From contig UQXK01000011.1 in the NCBI GenBank assembly GCA_900544985.1, positions 1 through 44,536 of the forward strand: DNA of 44,536 nucleotides, written 5' to 3'. The notes below the pieces were generated by a model. It saw only the letters and a list, made by a program, of their open reading frames with translations. It ran no database searches and was not told the origin of the DNA. A program made the translations under genes and the position numbers. Position 1 is the first letter of the stretch. Every line of letters begins with the position of its first letter. This stretch comes from an uncultured Eubacteriales bacterium (GTDB lineage Bacteria > Bacillota > Clostridia > Oscillospirales > CAG-272). Positions 1 through 10,328 of the stretch are shown here, piece after piece.

Positions 1-528
1 GATTTCGTCATTTCTCCTAATGGAAAAAGCGTGTGTGCGAGCTGTTCCTGCGTTAATGAATATAGCACATAACTTTGATCCTTCTGCATATCAACGGCTT
101 TTTTCAGCAGATATCTTCCGTTTTCGTTTCTTTCTATACGGGCATAATGACCTGTCGCGACATAATCGTAACAAAGTTCTTGTGCACGGCGATAAAGTTT
201 ATCAAATTTCAAATAACGATTACAGTCAATGCACGGGTTCGGCGTTATTCCGTTTTCATATGCTTCAATAAAACGTTTTATAACTTCATCTTCGAATCTA
301 TCCGAGAAATTAAAAACATAATACGGTATGCCGATAGAGTAAGCAACGCTTCTTGCATCTTCAACATCGTCGGCAGAACAGCATGAATGCTCTCTCGGTA
401 TTCCTATATCCTCATTATTGAAAAGCTTCATTGTGACTCCGCAGCACTCATAACCCTGTTTTTTGATAAGATATGCCGCCACGCCGGAATCCACACCTCC
501 GCTCATCGCTATCATTGCTCTTTTCATA
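1..528 (-). CDS. mnmA: tRNA-specific 2-thiouridylase MnmA, N-terminal part (gene continues beyond window start)
   Basis: Reverse-complement translation from ATG at 526-528 gives MKRAMIAMSGGVDSGVAAYLIKKQGYECCGVTM, the PP-loop SGGxDS N-terminus of MnmA/TrmU. The ORF runs off the window edge. Confidence 0.8.
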
Positions 529-667
529 TGCCGAACCTCACATTTCACAGATACACTTACTGTATAATGAAATGAGATCTGATAATGCTTTTTTAGTTTA
601 GATCATTATACATATCATTTTAGTATGTATATATTATACGCGTATTTCCTACTATGTCAATATGTAA

Positions 668-1195
668 TTATTTTTTATCTTCGTCGGTATTTTGGATATT
701 CTTGTCGTCAAAAAGATGCTTTTCCACATATGCACGCCGTCTGTTATTTACGCTTACACTCCACACAAACGCCAGTATACATATTACAAAACCAAAGTCT
801 CTGAAAAAAATCAAAGTCAAAATAAAAGCGGCTATGATTGCGAGAATTTCCAAAACGAGTTCAAACCTATGCTCTTTGTTCCATTTTCGTGTGAAAAAAT
901 CGTCTTTGTCTTTTAAAGTAAATACGCTTTTTGACAGAACCTCTTTCATGTTTTCCTCCGCTTTCTCTTTATATTCTTTATCAGAAATGCGCTCTCCGGA
1001 AAGTATTTCATTGATACTGACCCCGTATTTTTGTGATAAAATCTGTATTATTTCGACCGGCGGAAGATATGTTCCCGTCTCCCAGCGGGAAACGGTTTTA
1101 TTTGTTACCCCCAACTCTTCACCGAGTTCTTCCTGAGTCAAATTTTTCTCACGGCGAAGTTCCGAAAGAAACTTCCCTATTTTTATCATATCCAT
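668..1195 (-). CDS. XRE-family HTH transcriptional regulator with C-terminal transmembrane segment
   Basis: MIKIGKFLSELRREKNLTQEELGEELGVTNKTVSRWETG is a classic Cro/C1 HTH. AGGAGG lies 7 nt upstream of the ATG at 1193-1195. A hydrophobic C-terminal helix is present. Confidence 0.7.
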   Translation of the reverse strand: MDMIKIGKFLSELRREKNLTQEELGEELGVTNKTVSRWETGTYLPPVEIIQILSQKYGVSINEILSGERISDKEYKEKAEENMKEVLSKSVFTLKDKDDFFTRKWNKEHRFELVLEILAIIAAFILTLIFFRDFGFVICILAFVWSVSVNNRRRAYVEKHLFDDKNIQNTDEDKK

Positions 1196-1474
1196 AAAAA
1201 ACCTCCTTAAAATCGATATACTCATTACGGCTATACCCGTTTAAAGTTTTGATAAAATTCCTTTTTCTCTTCAATGCAAACTTCGTTTGCAGGGTTATAT
1301 TATCATACTTTGTCGTATTTTTCTTTCCCATAAAAAGCGAATATGGGAAAAACACGCCGCAAAAAATCAAAATTTCATAAAAAACATATTTACCTTGATA
1401 TTTTTAATTTTATAAGGTATATTTAATTTTGTACGGCAATACTCCGAAATTTCTTTACAAAGAAGGACTAAGAA

Positions 1475-2368
1475 ATGGAAAAAACAATGAAACGTAAAAA
1501 TATCTTGATTATCATTATCTCGCTCTTGATTGCGACTCTTCTTACCAGCATAGGATTTAATATCTACCAAGCCTTCTTTTCGTTCGATACATACCTTCAA
1601 AGTACCAATGAAATATACATACTGGAAGCCGGTATTTTGCGAAACAACATTAAATTTCGCGAAGGCACCGATATTGAAATAAAATACGATTTCGAAAATG
1701 AAAATTACAAAAAGCTCGAAGAAAAATATAACATATCGGGTACCGCCAAAGACGGGACCGAATTTGAAAAAGCGCTTCGCCTTATGAATGAGTACGCCCC
1801 TCGTCTGACGCACGAAAGTTACTATGACAATCATATAGAGATGAACGCATTGGCGCTTCTCGAATACAGCCTGAACAACAAAAGCCACGGCATAAATTGC
1901 AGAAGCAAAGCCCAGATACTAAACGAAATGTGTCTTTTGCTTGGCATCTATTCAAGAAAAGTATGGATATGCCCGAATTCGATATACGACAACGACTCTC
2001 ACGTAGTAAACGAAATTTATGATACGACACTTGAAAAGTGGATAATGCTCGATATAACAAATAACGAATATTGGGTCGATGAAAACAATGTGCCGCTTTC
2101 CGTTCTTGAAATAAGGTACAAAGCCGCAATGAACGAATTCTGCACTCCTGTTGCCGCAGGAGATAATCTCAAAGATTTGGAAAAGCTCAAAGAAAAACAT
2201 ATCGGAGATTTTCTCTATATTATAAAAAATCTCACTTATATGCAATATCTTCCAGAATACACAGCAAATGAGGACGGAGATATTTACCTGCTGTTTCCGA
2301 AAAACATAGATACAAAGTACGAACTTATCATTTCAGAGGATTCCGTAACGCGCTCTCCGATAAAATAA
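1475..2368 (+). CDS. membrane-anchored transglutaminase-like (Cys-His-Asp papain-fold) domain protein
   Basis: N-terminal TM helix. The motif GINCRSKAQILNEMCLLLGIYSRKVW...SHVVNEIYD...WIMLD resembles the transglutaminase-like core. Confidence 0.5.
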   Translation: MEKTMKRKNILIIIISLLIATLLTSIGFNIYQAFFSFDTYLQSTNEIYILEAGILRNNIKFREGTDIEIKYDFENENYKKLEEKYNISGTAKDGTEFEKALRLMNEYAPRLTHESYYDNHIEMNALALLEYSLNNKSHGINCRSKAQILNEMCLLLGIYSRKVWICPNSIYDNDSHVVNEIYDTTLEKWIMLDITNNEYWVDENNVPLSVLEIRYKAAMNEFCTPVAAGDNLKDLEKLKEKHIGDFLYIIKNLTYMQYLPEYTANEDGDIYLLFPKNIDTKYELIISEDSVTRSPIK

Positions 2369-2420
2369 TCCGATAGCTTCGATCTAATATAATAATACAT
2401 AAAACAAAGGAAAAAATCAA

Positions 2421-2630
2421 ATGAGCAAATACGATCTACTTTGGGAATATATAAAAAAAGAAGAGAAAGATACTTTGAGGCTCTCTTTTGAAGAAATAAA
2501 AAATATTGCGGGTACCCCGATAGATCACTCTTTTTTAAGATACAAAAAAGAACTTGAATCTTACGGATACAAAGTATCTAAAATATCCATTAAAGAAGAA
2601 ACCGTAACTTTTGAAAAAACAACAAAATAA
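2421..2630 (+). CDS. small hypothetical protein (69 aa)
   Basis: ORF with AAAGGA RBS upstream. No recognisable domain. Confidence 0.4.
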   Translation: MSKYDLLWEYIKKEEKDTLRLSFEEIKNIAGTPIDHSFLRYKKELESYGYKVSKISIKEETVTFEKTTK

Positions 2631-2856
2631 AAGTATTCTTCACCCAGGCAGTATCAAATATTTTCTTGTTACAATCTCCCGCTCTTAATAAAAAAATAAT
2701 GTTTAAAACAAAATTTTTTAAGCTTACGTCTACATTTCAGTTACTTATTTGCATTATTATAGAAGTAGATAAGATATTCATATATAAAATCGAGAAGAAA
2801 CGTCAAAAAATAATATAAACAATTATAATCTATAAAAAATGCATTTCGGGGAAAAT

Positions 2857-3174
2857 ATGAAAGAAAAAATCAAAAGATTTTTTAAAAACATATGGGAAGA
2901 GTGTAAAGACGTAAAAACGCTCATTATCCTTTTAATAGTAATCTTTATAGTGTATTCTCCCGTGTGGGGCGGATACCTTTTGTATTTCATTTTTAAACTG
3001 AATATATTTTTAGTCATCGCGACAGCCTGCGCCGCATTTTGGGCAGGACCTTTCACCCCGTTTTTCCCCCTCTGTATAGCGATAACATTGGCTATAAAAA
3101 AATTACTGAAAATAAAAAGCAGAAAAAATCCCGAAAACAAAGATAAAGAAGAAGAGAAAAACACAAGCGTATAA
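2857..3174 (+). CDS. small membrane protein (2 predicted TM helices)
   Basis: ORF MKEKIKRFF... has two hydrophobic helices and a lysine-rich tail. A terminator follows it. Confidence 0.4.
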   Translation: MKEKIKRFFKNIWEECKDVKTLIILLIVIFIVYSPVWGGYLLYFIFKLNIFLVIATACAAFWAGPFTPFFPLCIAITLAIKKLLKIKSRKNPENKDKEEEKNTSV

Positions 3175-3182
3175 ACACAAAA

Positions 3183-3212
3183 AGCCTTTCAATATGCGAA
3201 AGGCTTTTTTAT
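3183..3212. terminator. rho-independent terminator (bidirectional hairpin)
   Basis: The sequence aaagcctttcaatatgcgaaaggctttttt is a perfect stem plus T-run. It lies between convergent genes. Confidence 0.7.
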
Positions 3213-3301
3213 TTTGCAAAATTTCTCTGTTTAAAAACAATATCGGAATACAATATTGTTTTTATCGGCTTTTTTTACTTTTTCACACGTAAAAAGCAAA
3301 A

Positions 3302-4219
3302 TCAATCTTCCGATTCGTCGTCATCGTCATTTTTTTGCTGTTTCATGCTCTTTTTCGGAGGAGCTATTACGGATATCTCCTCCGCGGGATATGTTCTGAA
3401 ACTGAAAGATTCACCGTCGGAAAATTTCACTTTCACCGTTCCCGCAACGGCAGAGACCTCGCAAACGATTCCTTTTCCGTCCTTTGTTTCGACAAGGCTG
3501 TCTTGCTTCGGAAGCTTTTTAAGTTCCTCCTCATAGAAATCGTGTTCATAACGAAGACAGCACATAAGTCTGCCGCAAGCACCGGATATTTTTTGAGAAT
3601 TGAGCGACAAATTCTGCTCTTTTGCCATTTTTATCGAAACTTGAACAAAGTCCGGGAGAAACTTCTTGCAACAAAACGGAAGCCCGCAAACGCCAAGTCC
3701 TCCGATAAGTTTAGTTTCGTCGCGAATACCTATCTGTCTTAGTTCTATTCTCGTTCTGAATACGGAAGCAAGATCTTTTACAAGCTCACGGAAATCAACT
3801 CTTCCGTCCGCGGTAAAGTAAAACATCAGTTTGGAATTGTCGAAAGTATATTCGACATCCACAAGCTTCATTCCGAGTCCGTATTCTTTGATTTTTTGAA
3901 GGCAAATTTCCTGTGCGTCTTTCTCTTTCTCTTTATTCTGACGGTATTTTTCCTTGTCCTCCGCCGTAGCTATTCTTATAACCGGGCGAAGCGGAAGAAT
4001 GACCTCTTTTTCGGGAACGGTTTTATTGCCGACGGAAACAAATCCGTATTCCGTTCCCCTTGCCGTTTCCACTATAACATCGTCGCCGGACGTACAGGAA
4101 ATTCCGCAAGGGTCAAAAAAATATGTTTTTCCGTGCTCTTTAAAGCAGACGCCTATTACCTCGTATTCTTTATTTTCCTCTTCAACCACAGGTGAAGCAT
4201 TTTCTGTATTGTTATCCAT
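3302..4219 (-). CDS. ricT: PSP1-domain protein RicT/YaaT (stage 0 sporulation / RNA-maturation regulator)
   Basis: Matches the PSP1 C-terminal domain, including the Cys cluster GLPFCCKKF...CGRLMCCLRYE. The conserved gene order holB-yaaT is present. The track's M1 is a TTG start, so the likely real start is ATG at 4217-4219. Confidence 0.8.
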   Translation of the reverse strand: MDNNTENASPVVEEENKEYEVIGVCFKEHGKTYFFDPCGISCTSGDDVIVETARGTEYGFVSVGNKTVPEKEVILPLRPVIRIATAEDKEKYRQNKEKEKDAQEICLQKIKEYGLGMKLVDVEYTFDNSKLMFYFTADGRVDFRELVKDLASVFRTRIELRQIGIRDETKLIGGLGVCGLPFCCKKFLPDFVQVSIKMAKEQNLSLNSQKISGACGRLMCCLRYEHDFYEEELKKLPKQDSLVETKDGKGIVCEVSAVAGTVKVKFSDGESFSFRTYPAEEISVIAPPKKSMKQQKNDDDDESED

Positions 4220-4236
4220 ATATACACATCTTTCTT

Positions 4237-5232
4237 TTAAGTTTTGCGCCAAAGATTTTCCGCAAGATATGCGGTAGATGAAGTGAGATTAGAATTGAAA
4301 GCCATGTTTTTCTTCACTTCAGATATTATATCGAGCGAAGAAAGCACCGTTCTGACGGCAAAAACGGAGGAATACCTCATCGCGGTATCACTGTCGATAA
4401 TATACAAATCAGGTTCATCGCTGTTTTGCCCCGATAAAATATCACGGTATATAAGCAAAAGATACTTTATCAAAAGCGATAGCTTGTCCGAATTTTCCGC
4501 AAAGGAACATACGATATTCAGAAAGTCGAAATATCCCGTTTCCCTGTTCTTTTTTGAAAGAGCATTTACCGTTTCATTGGCTTTTATATATGCGTCATAC
4601 TCCCCGTTGTCTTTGTCCATAAGCGATTTTACCGCCCCTATGGCGCCGTCCGACATTTTAAAAGCAAAATTAAGCCTTGCCTCGTCATAAAGAATATCGG
4701 AAGAGCCTTCTTTTTCTATATATCTTCTTATCGCGTCGGCAGAAAAAGTTTCCATATTCACGGTTATGACGCGTGATTTTACCGTTTTCAGAATAGCTGC
4801 CGTATTCTTGCAGCAAAGAAATATATACACATTCGCGGGGGGCTCTTCTATGACCTTTAAAAGCGCATTTTGCGCTTGCGGAGTAAGCGCGTCGGCTCTG
4901 TCGAAAATATACATCTTAAAATCAAGCTCGTTCGGTGTAAGATACATCGAAGAAACAAAATTTCGCACCGCGTCAACGCCTATCCGTTTATCGCTCGATG
5001 AAAGCGTAAAAATATCCGGCGAATATCCGGAAGATATCTTATCGAGCAAAACCTCTTCGGTATTCTGATGTAAGGCAAGCGCATAAGCAACGGCTCTTGC
5101 AAATGTTTTCTTTCCGCACCCGTCGGGACCATTCAGCATATATGCGTGAGAAAGCTTATCATTCTCAATATAGCTTTTAAAAAGCGACTTTATATTATCA
5201 TTGCCGAAAACAGAATCAAAATAATCTTTCAT
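4237..5232 (-). CDS. holB: DNA polymerase III delta-prime subunit
   Basis: LSHAYMLNGPDGCGKKTFARAVAYAL is an AAA+ clamp-loader P-loop. The gene sits immediately upstream of ricT. The start is probably the internal MKDYF... (weak AAGG SD) rather than the first ATG at 5274. Confidence 0.8.
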   Translation of the reverse strand: MKDYFDSVFGNDNIKSLFKSYIENDKLSHAYMLNGPDGCGKKTFARAVAYALALHQNTEEVLLDKISSGYSPDIFTLSSSDKRIGVDAVRNFVSSMYLTPNELDFKMYIFDRADALTPQAQNALLKVIEEPPANVYIFLCCKNTAAILKTVKSRVITVNMETFSADAIRRYIEKEGSSDILYDEARLNFAFKMSDGAIGAVKSLMDKDNGEYDAYIKANETVNALSKKNRETGYFDFLNIVCSFAENSDKLSLLIKYLLLIYRDILSGQNSDEPDLYIIDSDTAMRYSSVFAVRTVLSSLDIISEVKKNMAFNSNLTSSTAYLAENLWRKT

Positions 5233-5375
5233 ATAAAAACTCGCCTTATTTTTATCAAAATAAGTAAATTGCATACTTATAAAGTATAATAATTATAACA
5301 GAGTTATAAATCACTGTCAAGTAATCAGAACATGAGAGAAGAACGTAAAATTCAATTTAAACAAAAAGTAAAAAT

Positions 5376-5401
5376 CGGCGCATGCAAATGCACCGATTAA
5401 A
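5376..5401 (-). terminator. putative rho-independent terminator after the LUD-domain gene
   Basis: On the minus strand: aatcggtgcatttgcatgcgccgatt followed by a T-rich tract. Confidence 0.4.
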
Positions 5402-5422
5402 TTATTTTTCAAAAAGAAGAAA

Positions 5423-6064
5423 TCAATACCCGAGCGATTTATCGACGATTATCACTTTCACTCTGTCCTTTTTTCTTTGCCTTGACATAACGGTATAATT
5501 CACGCATATCCTGTCATCGCTCATACATCCCTTCGGCATATTGCCGCCGTTGTCAAGAGATATGCAATGACCTTTTTCCGCACAATACGTTTTGCAGCCG
5601 AGCCTTTTGCAATTAAGCGGCGCCGCAATCGTTTTAACGCGGTAAACCGCCTCGTCGAGGTCTTTTACTATTTTATTCGTTCCGACAACGATTATAACCT
5701 TGTCATGACCGTATAAAAGCGAGGAAACTCTGTTGGAATTGCCGTCGACATTGTAAAGTTCCCCGTCCTCGGTAACCGCATTGGCGCTCGAAAGATAAAC
5801 TTCCGCGTTCATGGAAAGCTTCGTTATCTCTTCCTTTTCTTCTGCGGAAAGCGAGGAGTCGTTTCTGTCGAGATATTTGTAATTTCCGTTTTTCAGTTCA
5901 CTTATAATTCCCGTCTGCAAAAGCGTCACAGACCCGCCGGAAGCACATACCGCGCCCTCCGGAATAAAAGACAAAGCAAGATTTTTCGCTTCCTCTTTGT
6001 CTTTTACAAAGAAAGCTTCCATATTGTTGGCAGAAAGATTTTTTATAACTTTTTCAATATCCAT
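5423..6064 (-). CDS. LUD-domain (lactate utilisation LutC/YkgG-like, DUF162) protein
   Basis: Size and motifs (CASGGSVTL..., C-terminal Cys cluster) fit the LUD family. Confidence 0.55.
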   Translation of the reverse strand: MDIEKVIKNLSANNMEAFFVKDKEEAKNLALSFIPEGAVCASGGSVTLLQTGIISELKNGNYKYLDRNDSSLSAEEKEEITKLSMNAEVYLSSANAVTEDGELYNVDGNSNRVSSLLYGHDKVIIVVGTNKIVKDLDEAVYRVKTIAAPLNCKRLGCKTYCAEKGHCISLDNGGNMPKGCMSDDRICVNYTVMSRQRKKDRVKVIIVDKSLGY

Positions 6065-6120
6065 TTTTATACTCCTTTCCCCGTACTTACGTTCAGAGAT
6101 AACCCGTTAAACAGAATGAA

Positions 6121-7773
6121 TCACGCTTTGTAACTGTCTTTAAGCTCTACTATTCTGTTGAATGTTCCCTTGTGCTTGCTGTCGGGCGCAAAATATCCAA
6201 GTCGCACAAACTGGAATCTTTCTCCCGGCTTTGCATCTTTCAGAGAAGCCTCTATTTTTGCCCCTTCTATTTTTATAACGGAATCCGGATTTATATAGTC
6301 GTCGTAAGTCTTTCCTTCGGGAATATCCGCCACATTTTCAAGGGTAAAGAGCTTGTTATAAAGCATTATATCGGTATCAAGCGCGTCTTTTGCGGAAAGC
6401 CAGTGTATAGTTCCCTTTATCTTGCGTCCGTCCGCAGGCATACCGTTCTTCGTTTCGAGGTCCGCTTCGCAGTGAAGCTCCAAAACATTTCCGTTTTCGT
6501 CTTTTACGGCATTTTTGAATTTTACGATATAAGCGCCCATAAGACGGACTTCCCCGTCGGGTTTCAAACGGAAGAATTTCGGAGGAGGATCAAGAGAATA
6601 ATCGTCCTCTTCTATATAAAGCTCGCGTGAAAACGGAACTTTGCGCGTTCCAGCTTCCGGATCTCCCGGATTGTTGGGGAGTTCAAAATATTCCGTCTGT
6701 CCTTCCGGATAGTTGTCCACGATAAGCTTTACGGGGCGCGAAACGCAAACGCGTCTCTGAGCTTTCGAGTTGAGTTCTTCGCGTATGCAGTGCTCCAAAA
6801 GTCCCATATCAACAAGGCTGTACACTTTCGCGACGCCTACACGGGAAAGAAAATCGAATATCGATTCGGGAGTGTAGCCTCTTCTTCTCAGAGCGCAAAG
6901 CGTGGGAAGGCGCGGATCATCCCAACCGTCAACAAGTCCGTTTTCAACAAGACTTCTGAGGTATCTCTTGCTCATGACGGTATACGTGATATTCAAACGC
7001 GCAAATTCTCTCTGTTTGGGTTTATGCTCAAAACCTATATTGTCGACGACCCACTCATAAAGCGGTCTGTGATTTTCAAATCCTGTATCGCAAAGAGAGT
7101 GCGTTATTCCTTCAAGTGCGTCCTGTATAGGATGAGCATAGTCATAAAGCGGATATATGCACCACTTGTTTCCCTGTCTTTGATGAGATATGTGTATTAT
7201 TCTGTATATTGCGGGATCGCGCATGTTCATATTCGGGCTTGCAAGGTCGATTTTGGCGCGAAGCGTATGAGAACCGTCGGGAAATTCTCCGTTTTTCATG
7301 CGCTCGAAAAGATCGAGGTTTTCCTCAACGGAACGGTCTCTCCAAGGGCTGGGACGGCTCGGTTTTCCCGCGTCGTTGCCGCGGTATTCGCGCATCTCAT
7401 CCGCGGAAAGATCGCAGACATATGCTTTGCCGTCTTTTATAAGCTTTACGGCGTATTCATAGCATTTATCAAAATAGTCCGAACCGTAGAAGATTCCGCC
7501 CGTGGGCGTCGCTCCTAGCCAATTGAGATCCTCTATTATACTGTTGACATATTCGTCGCCCTCTTTTGCGGGGTTCGTATCGTCAAAACGGAGATTGAAT
7601 TTTCCGCCGTATTTTTTAGCTGTTTCTGAATTTATCCATATAGCTTTTGCGCTTCCTATATGAAGATAACCGTTGGGTTCCGGAGGAAAACGGGTGTGTA
7701 TCTCCTCGGCTCTGCCCTCGCGAATGTCTTCGTCTATTATTTCATGAATAAAATTGCTTGCCATTTCAGCCAT
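6121..7773 (-). CDS. glnS: glutamine--tRNA ligase
   Basis: N-terminus NFIHEIIDEDIREGR...TRFPPEPNGYLHIGSAKAI has the HIGH motif. LRFDDTNP is present. VMSKR is the KMSKS motif. Confidence 0.9.
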   Translation of the reverse strand: MAEMASNFIHEIIDEDIREGRAEEIHTRFPPEPNGYLHIGSAKAIWINSETAKKYGGKFNLRFDDTNPAKEGDEYVNSIIEDLNWLGATPTGGIFYGSDYFDKCYEYAVKLIKDGKAYVCDLSADEMREYRGNDAGKPSRPSPWRDRSVEENLDLFERMKNGEFPDGSHTLRAKIDLASPNMNMRDPAIYRIIHISHQRQGNKWCIYPLYDYAHPIQDALEGITHSLCDTGFENHRPLYEWVVDNIGFEHKPKQREFARLNITYTVMSKRYLRSLVENGLVDGWDDPRLPTLCALRRRGYTPESIFDFLSRVGVAKVYSLVDMGLLEHCIREELNSKAQRRVCVSRPVKLIVDNYPEGQTEYFELPNNPGDPEAGTRKVPFSRELYIEEDDYSLDPPPKFFRLKPDGEVRLMGAYIVKFKNAVKDENGNVLELHCEADLETKNGMPADGRKIKGTIHWLSAKDALDTDIMLYNKLFTLENVADIPEGKTYDDYINPDSVIKIEGAKIEASLKDAKPGERFQFVRLGYFAPDSKHKGTFNRIVELKDSYKA

Positions 7774-7812
7774 ATCTTTTTAAATCCTCCGGATTTATAA
7801 ATTTTGAGATTT

Positions 7813-9480
7813 TTATTTTGAAAGTCTTTCTATCTGCGCGTTTATTCTGGATACTATCTTATCCTTGCCCATTATTTTCATAACACTGTAAAGATCGGGG
7901 GCGTTCTGTTTTCCCGTAACGGCAACACGTATAAATGCGCTTATATCGCCGACATGTCCTTTGTAAGATTCGGGAGAAGCTTTGTACTCCTTTGTTTCCC
8001 TTGCAAAACCGAATTTTTCGGAAACGTCTTTTATCTTGTCGAACCACTCCGTCTGTTCGTCGTTCTCGCTGTATACTTCGATATACGATTTAAGAACATC
8101 TGCTATAAGCTTCTTATCGAAATTTTCGGGATATTCGCCCTCGGCATTATAATATCCGTCGAATATAAAGCCCATATAATCTTTGACATCTGTCCATACG
8201 GCGATGTCCTTGCGCGGCTTCTTTCCGCCCCTGCCTATCGAAAGCACTGCGATCGACGCTTCTTTTTCCGCTTCAAGCTCTTTTGCGAAATCGGGATCAT
8301 AATCCTTTGCCCATTCGAGAACATACGAATATACTTTTTCGGCATCGAATTTTGCTATAACGTTTTTGGAAACATCGCAAAGCTTCGCTATATCGAAAAG
8401 TGAGCCCGCCGCGTTCATCTTCTTTACGGAGAATTTAAAATCTCCTATCGGAGCGTCGGGATTTGCCCTTCTCCAATCCTCGAAATTGGAATTGAGTATC
8501 GTGAGCATATATTCAATGACGCTCTCTGTCGGATACCCCTGCGCCTTATAATAAGAAAGCGCAAGCTCTGGGTCTTTTCTCTTCGAAAGCTTCCTCTTCG
8601 AATTTCCGTCCATCTTCATAAGCGTGCCGATATGAACATATTTCGGAAGCTTGTGCCCAAGAGCATTAAAAAGCTGAATATGGAACGGAAGGCTTGCCAG
8701 CCACTCGTCTCCGCGTACAACGTGCGTCGTATGCATAAGATGGTCATCGATCGCATGCGCAAAGTGATATGTCGGTATACCGTCGCTTTTCAAAAGAACG
8801 TGGTCTATATCGTTTTCCGTTATATCGACCTCGCCCTTTATAAGGTCGTTATATTTGAATTTATGTTCTATACTTCCCGTGGAACGGAAGCGAAGCACCC
8901 ATTTTTTGCCGGCAGAAAGTTCTGCTTCTACATCCTCTATCGAGCGGTCGCGCCATTTTGCCCATTTTCCGTAATATCCGAAGTTGGCTTTTTCAGCCTC
9001 CTGCTCGGCGTGAAATCTTTCAAGTTCCTCTTCCGTGCAGAAGCAAGGATAAGCTTTTCCCTCTCTGACAAGTTTTTTTGCATATACATGATATATTTCT
9101 GCACGCTTACTCTGCTTATAAGGACCGTAAGCGCCTTTGTCACATATCTTTCCGTTTTCGTCAAGAGCGGCACCCTCGTCAAAAATTATACCGTAATGAG
9201 AAAGCATTTCTATAAGCATTTCGGACGCTCCCGCAACCTCGCGCTTTGCGTCCGTATCCTCTACACGAAGATAAAGCACGCCGCCGCTCTGGTGGGCTAA
9301 TCTTTCGGACGTTAGTCCCTGCATGATATTTCCCAAATGCACAAAACCCGTCGGGCTGGGAGCAAGTCTCGAAACAACAGCGCCCTCGGGCAGATTTCTT
9401 TCCGGAAATCTCTTTTCGATATCGTCGACAGTTTCTTTAACATCGGGAAAAAGAAGCTCCGCAAGATAATTATAATCCAT
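7813..9480 (-). CDS. gltX: glutamate--tRNA ligase
   Basis: RLAPSPTGFVHLGN has the HIGH-type motif and KLSKR is the KMSKS motif. AGGAGG lies 8 nt before the ATG at 9478-9480 (MDYNYLAE...). Confidence 0.85.
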   Translation of the reverse strand: MDYNYLAELLFPDVKETVDDIEKRFPERNLPEGAVVSRLAPSPTGFVHLGNIMQGLTSERLAHQSGGVLYLRVEDTDAKREVAGASEMLIEMLSHYGIIFDEGAALDENGKICDKGAYGPYKQSKRAEIYHVYAKKLVREGKAYPCFCTEEELERFHAEQEAEKANFGYYGKWAKWRDRSIEDVEAELSAGKKWVLRFRSTGSIEHKFKYNDLIKGEVDITENDIDHVLLKSDGIPTYHFAHAIDDHLMHTTHVVRGDEWLASLPFHIQLFNALGHKLPKYVHIGTLMKMDGNSKRKLSKRKDPELALSYYKAQGYPTESVIEYMLTILNSNFEDWRRANPDAPIGDFKFSVKKMNAAGSLFDIAKLCDVSKNVIAKFDAEKVYSYVLEWAKDYDPDFAKELEAEKEASIAVLSIGRGGKKPRKDIAVWTDVKDYMGFIFDGYYNAEGEYPENFDKKLIADVLKSYIEVYSENDEQTEWFDKIKDVSEKFGFARETKEYKASPESYKGHVGDISAFIRVAVTGKQNAPDLYSVMKIMGKDKIVSRINAQIERLSK

Positions 9481-9503
9481 TTTTATATTCCTCCGCAAAA
9501 AAG

Positions 9504-10082
9504 TCAAAATTTTCTCGTTTTTCCGTGACCGGGATAAATCGTCTTTCCCGCAAGCATCCCGGAAAGCTTCACAACGGAATCTCTGAGTTCCTCTTCACTT
9601 GCACCGTAAAGATCCGTTCTGCCGTAACCGTCGGCAAATACCGTATCCCCGCTGAAAACGGCGTCTTCGCAAAAATAGCAGACCGAACCGCTTGTATGTC
9701 CCGGCGTATGAACTGTTTTAAACTCCATATTTCCGATATTTATTTTTTCTCCGTCCGTAACGGTTTCAGGTTTCGCCGTGCAAACCGTCGGTCGCATTTC
9801 AAAGAGCATCGACGCATTCTTTTCGGGATCGCTTAACATCTCTGCGTCGTTTGCATGTATGTATAACGGCACGCTGTAAGACGCAAGAACGCTTTCAAGT
9901 CCCGATATGTGATCGAAATGACCGTGTGTCAGAAGAACAGCTCCCGGAACAAGAGCGTTTTCTTTTATAAAATCGAAAACTTCACTTGATACGGGATCTA
10001 TCAGCGCGCAAACGCCTTTTTCGTCGTATATTATATAGGAGTTTTCTCCGTATTTTCCGTCTGTTAAAATTTTTATATTCAT
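9504..10082 (-). CDS. MBL-fold metallo-hydrolase (glyoxalase II-like)
   Basis: THGHFDH is an HxHxDH metal-binding motif and HTPGHTSG is also present. The likely start is MNIKILT. Confidence 0.8.
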   Translation of the reverse strand: MNIKILTDGKYGENSYIIYDEKGVCALIDPVSSEVFDFIKENALVPGAVLLTHGHFDHISGLESVLASYSVPLYIHANDAEMLSDPEKNASMLFEMRPTVCTAKPETVTDGEKINIGNMEFKTVHTPGHTSGSVCYFCEDAVFSGDTVFADGYGRTDLYGASEEELRDSVVKLSGMLAGKTIYPGHGKTRKF

Positions 10083-10328
10083 AGATTTTTCCCTGCCGTC
10101 CGAGTAATTATATAAAATCATTATTTTTTGAAACGAATGTTTTTTGCATTGTTTTTTAATCCGTGCAAAGCGAGTGCAAAAAACATAAAATAATCATGTT
10201 CTTCATTATATCACACAAATTTTTCCTTGTCTATCTATTTTAATGGCGTATTATAAAAAAACATTGCATTTTTTTGCCTTTTCGTGGTATCATAATTAAA
10301 AAGATTATGATTTTATATCGGTGTTTAA

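Noticed and set aside
654-1888. ORFs 654-1136(+), 1149-1370(-), 1367-1888(-)
   Set aside because: They overlap better-supported genes on the opposite strand (the XRE regulator and the transglutaminase-like gene). They lack RBSs.
3302-4252. Longer 316-aa version of ricT starting at 4252
   Set aside because: That start is a TTG, and the extension overlaps the holB stop. The ATG at 4217-4219 gives a normal holB-ricT junction.
6790-9300. Plus-strand ORFs of 222-242 aa antisense to glnS and gltX
   Set aside because: They are shadow ORFs of highly conserved aaRS genes on the opposite strand.
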